A stretch of DNA of 64,000 nt from Eledone cirrhosa (Eukaryota), in the NCBI GenBank assembly GCA_964016885.1, contig OZ024765.1, positions 11,780,001 to 11,844,000 of the forward strand, written 5' to 3'. A program made the translations under genes and the position numbers. The notes beneath the pieces were generated by a model. It saw only the letters and a program-made list of their open reading frames with translations, searched no databases and was not told where the DNA came from. Shown one piece after another: positions 41,496-52,744 of the stretch (within the stretch, counting starts at the first letter, position 1; each line of letters begins with the position of its first letter).

Positions 41496-41682
41496 CCCTT
41501 TAGTATTTAAACCAGCCATATCCGGCCAGAATTCTCTCACCTCTTTCTGTTCAAACTGGCTGTAACCAGCCGCTCATACTGATGTTAAGGTATTTTTCTC
41601 AAAATAAATAATATCAAAATCATAGATTCAATACTATATGAGATAATTATGTAAAGTTTAGAGTAATGTAAATGTTAAAAGG
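41496..41682. mobile_element. piggyBac-like MITE
   Basis: TTAA|CCCTTTAGTATTTA ... TAAATGTTAAAAGG|TTAA; several partial copies elsewhere in the window. Confidence 0.75.
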
Positions 41683-42211
41683 TTAAATATCACATTATAC
41701 ATATTATATATAAATATAGAAAAATGAAAATATATACAATATATATTTATACATGGTATATATATTATTTATTATATATAAATTAACAATTTTATTTATT
41801 ACTAGACCACCCGTCACCTGTTGGGTAACAATCAATCACTTCAAAATATTTTTTTTTAAATCATGTTCAGTTTTAAATAATTTTTAAATAATTAAAATAT
41901 ACACAGACATGTATATAATGTGAAATGAAACTGGAAGGCCCATATATATACATGTGTATGTATATATATAAATGTCTCTGTGCGCATACATATTTATATG
42001 TGTGGGTGTCTGTGATCTATATACACTGGTGACCAGAGGTGAGAGGATTCTGGCCAGATACGGCTGGTTTAAATGCTAAAGGGTTAAGGAAGAAATGGTG
42101 AAATTAGATCTCATGAAACAGGGTTTCATAGACAAGATGAGATAGGATGTTAGACGGAGTGGCAATGTGTGAAAGGTGGGTGGGAGAAGAGGAATCATAT
42201 ATATATATATA

Positions 42212-42568
42212 AAATATGTAGTTTAGAAAGCCACAACAATGCAGATGGGAAATCTCGAGGTAGGAAGTGAGTGAGAAATAGGAGAAAAGTGAAAATTGAG
42301 AGAAACGAAAAAAAAAAAAAACGAAAACAAAACAAAGGTAGAAGGGTTACCGTAGTGGAGATTTAATCCCAATATTTCGGGCTCACGCCCATCAATGGGG
42401 GGAAAGTTCCAAAAGGTGGGGAACAGGCTAAGCCGGCATTCCTATGTTTTAACGATAATACAACTTTCTCCGGCTTAGCCGAGATTTCCCCATCTGCATT
42501 GTTGTGGCTTTCTAATCTACATATTTTACATATTTCACAATGCTTCAAGCAAACTTTAACACCCTCTT
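42212..42568. mobile_element. Family K short element, inverted pair with degenerate hammerhead (42367-42403, minus)
   Basis: 42215-42258 is inverted relative to 42480-42525; related to 46450-46812. Confidence 0.55.
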
Positions 42569-42585
42569 ATATATATATATATATA

Positions 42586-42726
42586 GTCCAGAATTAACCA
42601 TCGAAAGGGCTTGAGCTCAGCCGTCAGGGTCCTACTCGTTCCTATTAGCCACTCTACTACCCTAAGTATTGAGTACTTTGGTGCGTTATGGTCCACCTGG
42701 TTCCTTACCACATTTCCTTCGTTATA

Positions 42727-42758
<32 letters not shown>

Positions 42759-42895
42759 GTCCAGAAATAGACGTCGAAAGGGCTTGAGCTCAGCCGTCTT
42801 GGTCCTACTCGTTCCTATTACCCACTCTACTACCCTAAGTATTGAGTACTTTGGTGCGTTATGGTCCCCCTGGTTCCTTACCACATTTCCTTCGT
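42586..42895 (+). mobile_element. Two tandem family C short elements separated by (TA)n
   Basis: Both begin GTCCAGAA and end CACATTTCCTTCGTTA. Confidence 0.7.
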
Positions 42896-42962
42896 TATAT
42901 ATATATATAGTGGTGGAACACTGGAAGGCAATATCCGTAGTGTTCATATAACCCTGCCAATT

Positions 42963-43002
42963 CCGAGCTGAAGATCTGCTAAGGGGAAACAATTGTTCTC
43001 GG
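42963..43002 (+). ncRNA. Minimal type I hammerhead motif (family D)
   Basis: CCGAG-CTGAAGA-TCTGCTAAGGG-GAAAC-AATT-GTT-CTCGG; perfect 5-bp stem I. Confidence 0.7.
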
Positions 43003-43031
43003 TATGTGTGAACTAACTGTTGTGTAACCAC

Positions 43032-43085
<54 letters not shown>

Positions 43086-43228
43086 GTTAAAATACTGGAG
43101 CATGTTGGATTAAAACACCCTCTTCGTATTATAGAAATGACAGTAAAAGGTATAGCTCAATGTAATTAAACAGAGCCGAAGAATTATGAAAGTAAAACAA
43201 AGAAGCCTTCAATACATCAAAAGTCTTT

Positions 43229-43273
43229 ATTAGCCAACAATGTTTCGTCCTATTAAGGACTGATCAGGGCAAT
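43229..43273 (-). ncRNA. Minimal hammerhead motif with G8C core change
   Basis: GCC-CTGATCA-GTCC-TTAATA-GGAC-GAAAC-ATT-GTT-GGC, then AATAAA. Confidence 0.6.
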
Positions 43274-43543
43274 TAAAACAACAAGAAGTATTATCGGCCA
43301 ATACAAGCCAGAAACTCCGAAGAATATGAAGTGTACATACACTAAAGTATTGCAAGATTAAGGGTAAAAATATATAATAAAAATCACTAAGGAAGTGTAT
43401 AACATTTAGAACCATATTACAAATATAGTCCAAAGCAAAAAAAACCCTAGAGCTAAACAAAGGTGGTTATATAGAGCAGGAATTATATATAATACAATAT
43501 AATATAATATAATATACTTTTACCAATATTAAATATATATATA

Positions 43544-43748
43544 CGACGGTAATCCCAAAAGTAAGGTCTCCAAAGCGATGGGGACGCAGAGAAACTGTTC
43601 GTACGGTTGTTGGCAACACTGTTGTGATTGGTGCTTCCTTCACTCCCAAACAAGCATGCGCGCGCTTCGCTGGGATGCTCAATCTTGGCTTGGCAGCCAT
43701 TGAGAATGGGGCTCCCGTTGAACACTACCGCCGAGTGTGAATTTCGGG
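43544..43748 (+). mobile_element. mariner element 5' fragment
   Basis: Matches the left end of 50844-51221. Confidence 0.8.
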
Positions 43749-44430
43749 ATGGATTCAGTTTGAAAGCACTTGATACTTGGGGTAGAAGAAAGAGTTTGGT
43801 CGGAGTCGGGATCCCGTTGGCTGAACTCCTGCAGTTTCAGCAGCTATTACACACATACATGCACACAAACAAACACAAATGCGGGCATTTCTGAGAGCTT
43901 AAGAAGTTTTCTTTATAACCAAATAGTTCAGGGTTCAATTCCAGAAGATGATACGCTGTACCTCACAAACTTTTACATAACTTTGGTATTGCTGTGTGGT
44001 AATCACAGCACATACGGAAAGTAATTAGAATTCAACACAGGAAACACAAAACAATACATAATTTAATTGTTAGCAGCCTTGTAGACTGACCAGCTGTTGG
44101 CTATTTCCAGAAACTAACCAGTCTTCACATCCTTCTGCTTCCTCTTCTTTTTTAACTTCTTCTTCTTCATCAGCATCATCTCTTTCTTCTTCATCTTCTT
44201 CTTCTTCTTCATACTCATCATTATCTGTTTTTTCTTCTTTTTCATCATCCTAAGCTCTTTCTTCATCATCATCATCATCTGTTCCATCATCATCATCATC
44301 ATCATCTGTATCATCATCAGTTTCTTCTTTTTCTTTCATTTCCTCCTTCAGAAAAATTATATTATTGGCTTGGTTTGCCTTGCCCAGGGTCATGCAACAT
44401 AAGCAATACCACATACAAGACCCCACCCAC

Positions 44431-44468
<38 letters not shown>

Positions 44469-44526
44469 CATCATTGTATAATGTCTGTTCCCCTTGCTGA
44501 TGTTAAATACTAGTGATGTTGAACAA

Positions 44527-44585
<59 letters not shown>

Positions 44586-45012
44586 TATACACACATACAT
44601 ACATATATATATATATTTACAGTCACACACATACATATATATACATATATATACATACATACATATATATATATATATACATACAAATATATATATACAA
44701 ATATACATACATATATATATATATATATACATATAAACATACATTTATATATACAAATATACATAAATATATATAAACATATATACATACATATATATAT
44801 ACAAATATACATACATATATATATATACATATATACATACATATATATATATACACATATATATATACATATATATATACATATATACATACATATATAC
44901 ATACATATATATATACACACATATATATATATATACATATATACATACATATATATATACATACATATATATATATATACATATATACATACATATATAT
45001 ATATATACATAT

Positions 45013-45045
<33 letters not shown>

Positions 45046-45605
45046 CATACATATATATATATATATATATCTATATATACATACATATATACATACATAT
45101 ATATATACATATATACATATATATATATATTACACACACAGATATACATCAACATCCAGTAGAAATCAAGAAAAATTAAGTCAACAATGGGATGTTCACA
45201 CTTCAAGATAGAGTCTTACAATCTTCTAAGAGATAGTAATTGCTAGCCAAGGTCTCCTTAGCACAATGGTTAATACACGTGTCTGCCAATCCAAGAGATC
45301 TGGCATCTAATTCCTTTATTCCATCAAGACAGCCCTGGAGATTCACAGCAACAAGAAACATTTGGAATTTCTACATCAGATTAATAATTGGTGAGCCAAC
45401 AACCTCGATGCCCCATGGGATTTTCATGCTATAACCTTCCTAATGGTCCTTTTACAACAGAAATTCTGCTGCTCTGTCACCTTTTAGCTGAAATATGGCC
45501 GTTTGGTTGATTAGCTTTATCGAGAACACTTTATTTCATGCCAATAATTAATGAAACTCTTGATGGTATTTACACAGTAGACATTACAATTATGAATGCT
45601 GTCAT

Positions 45606-45801
45606 GGCGGTGGATTGGCAGTATCGGTGGAGGGTCGGCCGCCATGCTTTGAAGCATAGAGTTACCTCCCTTTATGATCTGAGTTCAAATCCCGCCGAGG
45701 TTAACTTTGCCTTTCATCCTTACGGGGTCGATATAAATAAAGTACCAGTAATGAATGCACTGGGATAATTGCTGGCCTGGTGCCAAAAGTAGAAACAATT
45801 A
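45606..45801 (+). mobile_element. SINE family 1
   Basis: Homology to 9665-9857. Confidence 0.8.
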
Positions 45802-46045
45802 TAATTATGAATGCTGTCTTTGTTCATATTAAAACCATGTCTTTCTGCTGCGAAGCTTGTTACATTTACACATAATAGATAGATGCTACTGTGTATTTAT
45901 ATATTTCATGTCACACAAAGTGAGATATTCAAGTCTTATTGCAGTCGTCTCCTTTGGTTACTATATATATATATATATATATGTAGGAGGTGAGTTTTAT
46001 TGTAGTACAATAAAGCAATGCAGATATCGGATAAGAAGCACTCTA

Positions 46046-46310
46046 CAGTTTGTAAGACTGGAGTATACATAATATATAAGAACAAAAGATGGTTAAAAGA
46101 GTTCTATGGAACTCTTTTAACCATCTTTCAGTTTGTAGGACTGGAGTATACATAATATATAAGAACAAAAGATGGTTAAAAGAGTTACATGGAACTCTTT
46201 TAACCATCTTTCAGTTTGTAGGACTGGAGTATACATAATATATAAGAACAAAAGATGGTTAAAAGAGTTACATGGAACTCTTTTAACCATCTTTTGTTCT
46301 TATATATTAT
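46046..46310. repeat. 83-bp tandem repeat (3 copies), each with a 19-bp-arm hairpin
   Basis: AAAGATGGTTAAAAGAGTT-N6-AACTCTTTTAACCATCTTT. Confidence 0.9.
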
Positions 46311-46333
46311 ATATATATATATATATGTCTGAT

Positions 46334-46390
46334 TTATTGACTCTGAAGATTCCTGCCATAGGGTCTGGATGAAACACTGTTAGCTAATAA
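46334..46390 (+). ncRNA. Type I hammerhead motif
   Basis: TTATTGACT-CTGAAGA-TTCC..GGAT-GAAAC-ACT-GTT-AGCTAATAA. Confidence 0.6.
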
Positions 46391-46811
46391 AACAATGTAT
46401 TTCTAAGCACTCTTTGGTTATTCCTATAACTATATATATATATATCTTTCAAAACAACAAACAGCGAAGGACGCGTTCCGGACTTGTCTGACAGACAACC
46501 CCCCCCCCCCGGGAAAAAAACCCCAGTTGATGGATGTGAATCCGAAATATATAGGGACTATTAAATCTCTCCCAAGGTAACTCTCTCTTGTGTTATTTTT
46601 ATTTTATCCTTTATACTCTTCCCTTCATTCTACACATCTCACACATCTTATACACACCACGCATCTCAACGTACACCCACTTACATCTCTCTCTCCACCA
46701 CCGGACCTTGTTACCCGGAGATTTACCCATTTGCATTGTCGAGGCTTCCAAATGACTTAAAGATATTTACTTATTGTTCCACAATGCTTCAAGCAAACTT
46801 CAATACTCTCT

Positions 46812-46856
<45 letters not shown>

Positions 46857-47369
46857 TTATTTATTTATTTGAAAAGAGGAAAAGAATGACTTTACTTGTG
46901 GTTGATATTATATAACAATTTAATTTTATAATTTTGTAATTTTGCTATGTGGTTCTCATAGATCTCTATATATCTGTTTACACATCAGACTATAGGTGAG
47001 GAAGATGAAAGACCAAGGGAGCACCCCCTCTCCGTGCTCCTGAGGAGAAGGGTCGCACACTTTTTTTCGGGGGTGTGTGCGACCCCCCAAGGCGCCTCCT
47101 CTCTATTGAGGATTTTGTTATAAATTTTATTTTGTTATATTTTATTTTATTTTTATATTTTGTTATTGCCTCCTCCTTATTGAGGACGCCTTGTTATGTA
47201 ACCCCCCCCCCCCCGCCCCATTGTACTTGTCCCACTTTTGATGCCCTGGTGGCAAATAAAAAGAAAATTATCTATCTATCTACATATCTATCTATCTACC
47301 TACCTACCCACCTACCTATCTACCTACCTACCTACCCACCTACCTACCTATCTATCTATCTATCTACCT

Positions 47370-47752
47370 CTGATTCTTTTTTTCAAATCCCACTTTGGAA
47401 GAAGAGTCAGGATGGAGAGAGAGGTGCTGAACCCCAGCAAGTTTTATGAAAGGTGGGTGAAATTAGCGAGAATGGCCCGAGTGAATGGGCCTTCTCTCTA
47501 TATCAGCCTGTAGGTTGAGGAAAAGGAGGAGGAGAGGAAAGGAGTACAAGCTCTTTGTACTTCTGGAGATGAGGGTTGCACATTTTTTCGGGGGTATGTG
47601 TTACCCATATGTAATGTCTCCCCCTATTGGGGAAAATCGACTAATTTTTTAAATTGCATTTGTGATAACATCTTACACGTTTTTATTGTATGTAAACTCC
47701 CCCCTTTGTATTTGTCCCCTTCTTTTGTGCCCCTGTGGCTAATAAAGAAACA
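47370..47752 (+). mobile_element. L1/Tx1-like LINE 3' end in (TATC)n (related 3' UTRs at about 46995-47270 plus and 31943-32110 minus)
   Basis: FFKSHFGRRVRMEREVLNPSKFYERW* resembles Tx1 ORF2 C-termini; 3' UTR ends GTCCC...GTGGC-AATAAA before (TATC)n. Confidence 0.55.
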
Positions 47753-48313
47753 TATCTATCTATATCTACCGAAGTCCCTTCACATGGAACAGGTCAATCC
47801 AGGGTGATAGGAGAAGACACTTGACCAAAATGCTGAGCAGCAGCGCTAAACCTAAGACCAAGAACCAAGTAATTTTCAAGCAAAACCCTTAACCACACGG
47901 CCATATATAATAGACAAAATAGGGGTTGGGATGTGCAAATATCTGCATTTAACGATAATCATACATTTTCTTTGTTCTAAATTTAATGCATTACCATTTT
48001 CAATGCATTTAATTTAAGATAAATATATATTTACTGACATTAATGATGGTGACAATGTTAAACTTGTGTGTGATTTTAAAATCTCTTTTCAGTTTTGTAA
48101 GCAAATTATGTATTAAGTTTTAAAACAGAATGATAAAAATCTCTTTGTATGAAATTAACATATATAAACATACACGCAGATATATACATGTATATAGTTA
48201 ATAAATTAAACAAATAAAATACAGGAGGCAATTTTACAGTTTTAATACACACATATATATGTTTGCTTATTATATATTTCTATAATACATATATGGGTGT
48301 ATGTATATATATA

Positions 48314-48383
<70 letters not shown>

Positions 48384-49231
48384 CATATATATTTATATAT
48401 ATATATAACACATTTATGGGTGTATATATATGCATATATATAATTAATTTATATATATGGGTGTATGTGTATATATTTATATATATATATACATATATAT
48501 TTATATATATATATATATAACACATTTATGGGTGTATATATATGCATATATATAATTAATTTATATATATGGGTGTATGTGTATGTATATATTTATATAT
48601 ATATATATATACAAATATATTTATATTCATACATATGTATATATATATATATATATATTTATAACACATATATGGGTGTATGTATATATATATATGGGTG
48701 TATGTGTATGTGTGTGTATATATATATATATATTTATTTATTTATTTATAAATATACATACATACATCATTATCAACATCATTTTACATCCGCTTTTCCA
48801 TGCTTCCATTATATATTTATATACACATATATATATGTGTGTATGTGTATATATATATGTTTTAAACATACATAAACGATATGTGAAAAAGTATGATAGT
48901 ACAATAATTACAAATTTGCAGTATATATATGTGGACAGATGTGGCGGTGTGTAAATGGTAAATGTCGGAATGTATCTATTTATATATATATGTGTATCTC
49001 TGTGTATGTGTGAGTGCATATGTGTATATATATAAATATATATATATATACACACACATATGTGTATGTACACCTATTTATATACGTATGTAACCATACA
49101 CACAGATAGATATAGATAACTGTATAAATAATTATATATAAATATAATATATATATAGTATATATTTATATGTAATATATATATAATATATATAATTATA
49201 TATATAATTATATATATATAATATATATATC

Positions 49232-49305
<74 letters not shown>

Positions 49306-49421
49306 ATATCATTCATTCATTTTACATTCGTATTTTATGTATATATAATATATATATATATATATTATATATCATCATCATCATTTTACATCCGCTTTTC
49401 CCCGCTTGCATATACATATAG

Positions 49422-49462
<41 letters not shown>

Positions 49463-49466
49463 TATA

Positions 49467-49500
<34 letters not shown>

Positions 49501-49613
49501 TATACACATATATATATATATACATATATATACACATATATATATACATATATATACACATATATATATATATACATATATATACACATATATATATATA
49601 CATATATATACAC

Positions 49614-49681
<68 letters not shown>

Positions 49682-49743
49682 CATCATCAGCATCGTTTAA
49701 CCTCCATCTTCTACGCTAGCATTGGTTATATATAATATATATA

Positions 49744-49776
<33 letters not shown>

Positions 49777-50170
49777 TGTATATCAAGATAAAAACAACCA
49801 TAAGTCCTTTTTTGACAACATTGTCTGTGAAACTTCTTCCCTTTTCTCATATCTAGAGTTTATGGGATTAGATTAGCTTATATGACCGTATAAACATGTC
49901 TTGGTAGTTACGAAGATAGCTTCTGATGAGGGACTGAGGGACAGATAGGTGGACTGATAGAGAAACAGACAGTCAGAGATAGATATACATAGATACATAA
50001 ATAGGTAGATAGATGCGTAAATAGTTAGATAGATGGATACACACATCACACGCATGCATGTGTGTATATATATATATATATATATACGTTATTCCGGGTT
50101 GAATCGGAGGTAACCACAGTAAGTAAGGTACTTAATACATTGCAGAGTATAAAGGTTTTAATATAGATGA

Positions 50171-50219
50171 GATTCTACAGGACTAGAACTGTTTCATTCT
50201 TTAGAAATCATCAGGAATC
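50171..50219 (-). ncRNA. Type I hammerhead motif (family B), mirror copy
   Basis: Reverse complement of 50223-50271. Confidence 0.75.
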
Positions 50220-50222
50220 CCT

Positions 50223-50271
50223 GATTCCTGATGATTTCTAAAGAATGAAACAGTTCTAGTCCTGTAGAATC
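50223..50271 (+). ncRNA. Type I hammerhead motif (family B)
   Basis: GATTC-CTGATGA-TTTC-TAAA-GAAT-GAAA-CAG-TTCTAGTC-CTG-TA-GAATC; GUA triplet. Confidence 0.8.
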
Positions 50272-50345
50272 TCATCTATATATATATTATATATATATAT
50301 ATACAATATATTAACAAATGGAAACTATATTTATAAAACCATATT

Positions 50346-50411
50346 TATTTTATTATACATATTTCAAGGGCAACCAAGGCAAATAATGGTGCGCTTTCAT
50401 CAGATAAAATA
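50346..50411 (-). ncRNA. Type I hammerhead motif (family A)
   Basis: Inverted partner of 50553-50618. Confidence 0.7.
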
Positions 50412-50552
50412 CAGATTTGTTTTATAAATAAATATTGACATACCCTGAAAAAAGACAACCTTAATGGTTGGAGCTATCCAGGAAGCTCCAACCGTTAAGG
50501 TTGTCTTTTTTCAGGGTATGTCAATATTTATTTATAAAACTAATCTGTATTG

Positions 50553-50618
50553 TATTTTATCTGATGAAAGCACACCATAATTTGCCTTGGTGGCCCTTGA
50601 AATATGTATAATAAAATA
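50553..50618 (+). ncRNA. Type I hammerhead motif (family A)
   Basis: TATTTTAT-CTGATGA-AAG..ACCA/TGGT..CTT-GAAA-TATGTA-TA-ATAAAATA; perfect 8-bp stem I. Confidence 0.8.
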
Positions 50619-50843
50619 AATATGGTTTTATAAATATAGTTTCCATTTGTTAATATATTGTATATTTACTCCACTAAACTGTTGAGTGCTTTATATCAGT
50701 TATAAAAATCTTTAAGCTTGTTGAATCCCAACAAATTAAATATAACCTCTGCATATATATATATATATATAAATATATATATGCAGAGGTTATATTTAAT
50801 TAAGCACACATATATAAAGCACACACATATATAAATATATATA

Positions 50844-51221
50844 CGAGGGTAATCCCAAAAGTAAGGTCTCCAAAGAGGATGGGGACGCAGAGAAACTGTT
50901 CGTACGGCTGTTGGCAACACTGTTGTGATTGGTTCTTCCTTCACTCCCAAACAAGCATGCACGCACTTCGCTGGGATGCTCAATCTTGGCTTGGCAGCCG
51001 TTGAGAATGGGGCTCCCATTGAACGCTACCGCAGCCAAGTGTGAATTTCACGCAGTTATTATATACGAGGTCTCCTTCCGAGGAAAACGTGTAAAGATCG
51101 GCGGATCACTCTGGATGCTCTCTGCATTCTGGTTCCTGAGGTTTCCCGAAGCACCATCCACAGGATTTTAACGGAAAAGTTGCAATATCGGAAGGAGACC
51201 TTACTTTTGGGATTGCCCTCG
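50844..51221 (+). mobile_element. Internally deleted mariner transposon
   Basis: TIRs CGAGGGTAATCCCAAAAGTAAGGTCTCC / GGAGACCTTACTTTTGGGATTGCCCTCG; TA TSD; transposase remnants KCEFHAVI and DRRITLDAL..VSRSTIHRILTEKLQYRK. Confidence 0.9.
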
Positions 51222-51275
51222 TATATATAAGAAAATGTAAAGTAGTTTCAGATGTTAAAGTCCTTTATTGGTAAT

Positions 51276-51350
51276 GCTGTGATACATATTTCAATGATGA
51301 CAGTGGCCACGCGATTCCACCTGACCAGTGCCATGATCTCATCAGACAGC
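51276..51350 (-). ncRNA. Type I hammerhead motif with long stem II
   Basis: GCTGT-CTGATGA-GATCATGGCA-CTGGTCA...TGGCCA-CTGTCATCATT-GAAA-TATGTA-TC-ACAGC, then AATAAA. Confidence 0.8.
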
Positions 51351-51547
51351 TTCTTACATAGTAAGGTTACATTCTCGAGGCAATCCAAAGTAAAACAACA
51401 AGGGAACGGACAAAGATGACGTTCTTGAAGCTTTCACCTGTTCCCTTATATATATGGTATGGACATGTGATGTATATGAAGGATGACATCCTAGCGTGGA
51501 AGATAGACGTTAAATGACAATGATGATGATGATATATATATATATAT

Positions 51548-51664
51548 ATTTGCTTACCAAGGTGCATGTGTGTGTGTGTGTGTGTATATATAGATATATT
51601 TGCTTACCAAGGCGCATGTGTGAGTGTGTGTGTATATGTATATATATTTGCTTACCAAGGCGCA

Positions 51665-51697
<33 letters not shown>

Positions 51698-51764
51698 TTT
51701 GCTTACCAAGGCGCATGTGTGTGTGTGTGTATATATAGATATATATATTGCTTACCAAGGTGCA

Positions 51765-51797
<33 letters not shown>

Positions 51798-52047
51798 TTT
51801 GCTTACCAAGGCGCATGTGTGAGTGTGTGTATATATATATATATTTTGCTTACCAAGGCGCATGTGTGTGTGTGTATATATAGATATATATATTGCTTAC
51901 CAAGGTGCATGTGTGTGTATATATATATATATTTTGCTTACCAAGGCGCATGTGTGAGTGTGTGTGTATATATATATATATTTGCTTACCAAGGCGCATG
52001 TGTGTGTGTGTGTATATATAGATATATATATTGCTTACCAAGGTGCA

Positions 52048-52082
<35 letters not shown>

Positions 52083-52196
52083 TTTGCTTACCAAGGCGCA
52101 TGTGTGAGTGTGTGTGTGTATATATATATATATTTGCTTACCAAGGCGCATGTGTGTGTGTGTGTATATATAGATATATTTGCTTACCAAGGTGCA

Positions 52197-52227
<31 letters not shown>

Positions 52228-52292
52228 TTTGCTTACCAAGGTGCATGTGTGTGTGTGTATATATATATATATATTTTGCTTACCAAGGTGCA

Positions 52293-52325
<33 letters not shown>

Positions 52326-52389
52326 TTTGCTTACCAAGGTGCATGTGTGTGTATATATAGATATATTTGCTTACCAAGGCGCATGTGTG

Positions 52390-52420
<31 letters not shown>

Positions 52421-52438
52421 TTTGCTTACCAAGGTGCA

Positions 52439-52475
<37 letters not shown>

Positions 52476-52556
52476 TTTGCTTACCAAGGCGCATGTGTGT
52501 GTGTGTGTATATATATTTGCTTACCAAGGCGCATGTATATGTGTGTATATATTTGC
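51548..52556. repeat. Minisatellite: constant TTGCTTACCAAGGYGCATG anchor plus variable (TG)n(TA)n, about 21 copies
   Basis: Direct inspection. Confidence 0.9.
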
Positions 52557-52678
52557 TCTATAAAATTGTTGATATGGTTAACACATTCAGCTTTTAATGT
52601 TCTTGTTACTTCATAATAAAATAGATCCATCATCTACTTGTGAAACTTTGCTTATATATATATTTATATATATATATT

Positions 52679-52744
<66 letters not shown>

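Larger units (their letters stand above)
50088..50281. mobile_element. Family B short element, head-to-head inverted pair
   Basis: Arms of about 59 bp with a 3-nt spacer; (TA)n flanks; homologous to 55165-55357. Confidence 0.75.

Noticed and set aside
51548-52556. CRISPR-like constant repeat with variable spacers
   Set aside because: Spacers are only (TG)n(TA)n length variants; eukaryotic context with no cas genes.
52640-52744. N-terminus of the 652-aa ORF
   Set aside because: Read-through of the flanking TA microsatellite; not part of the PLE protein.
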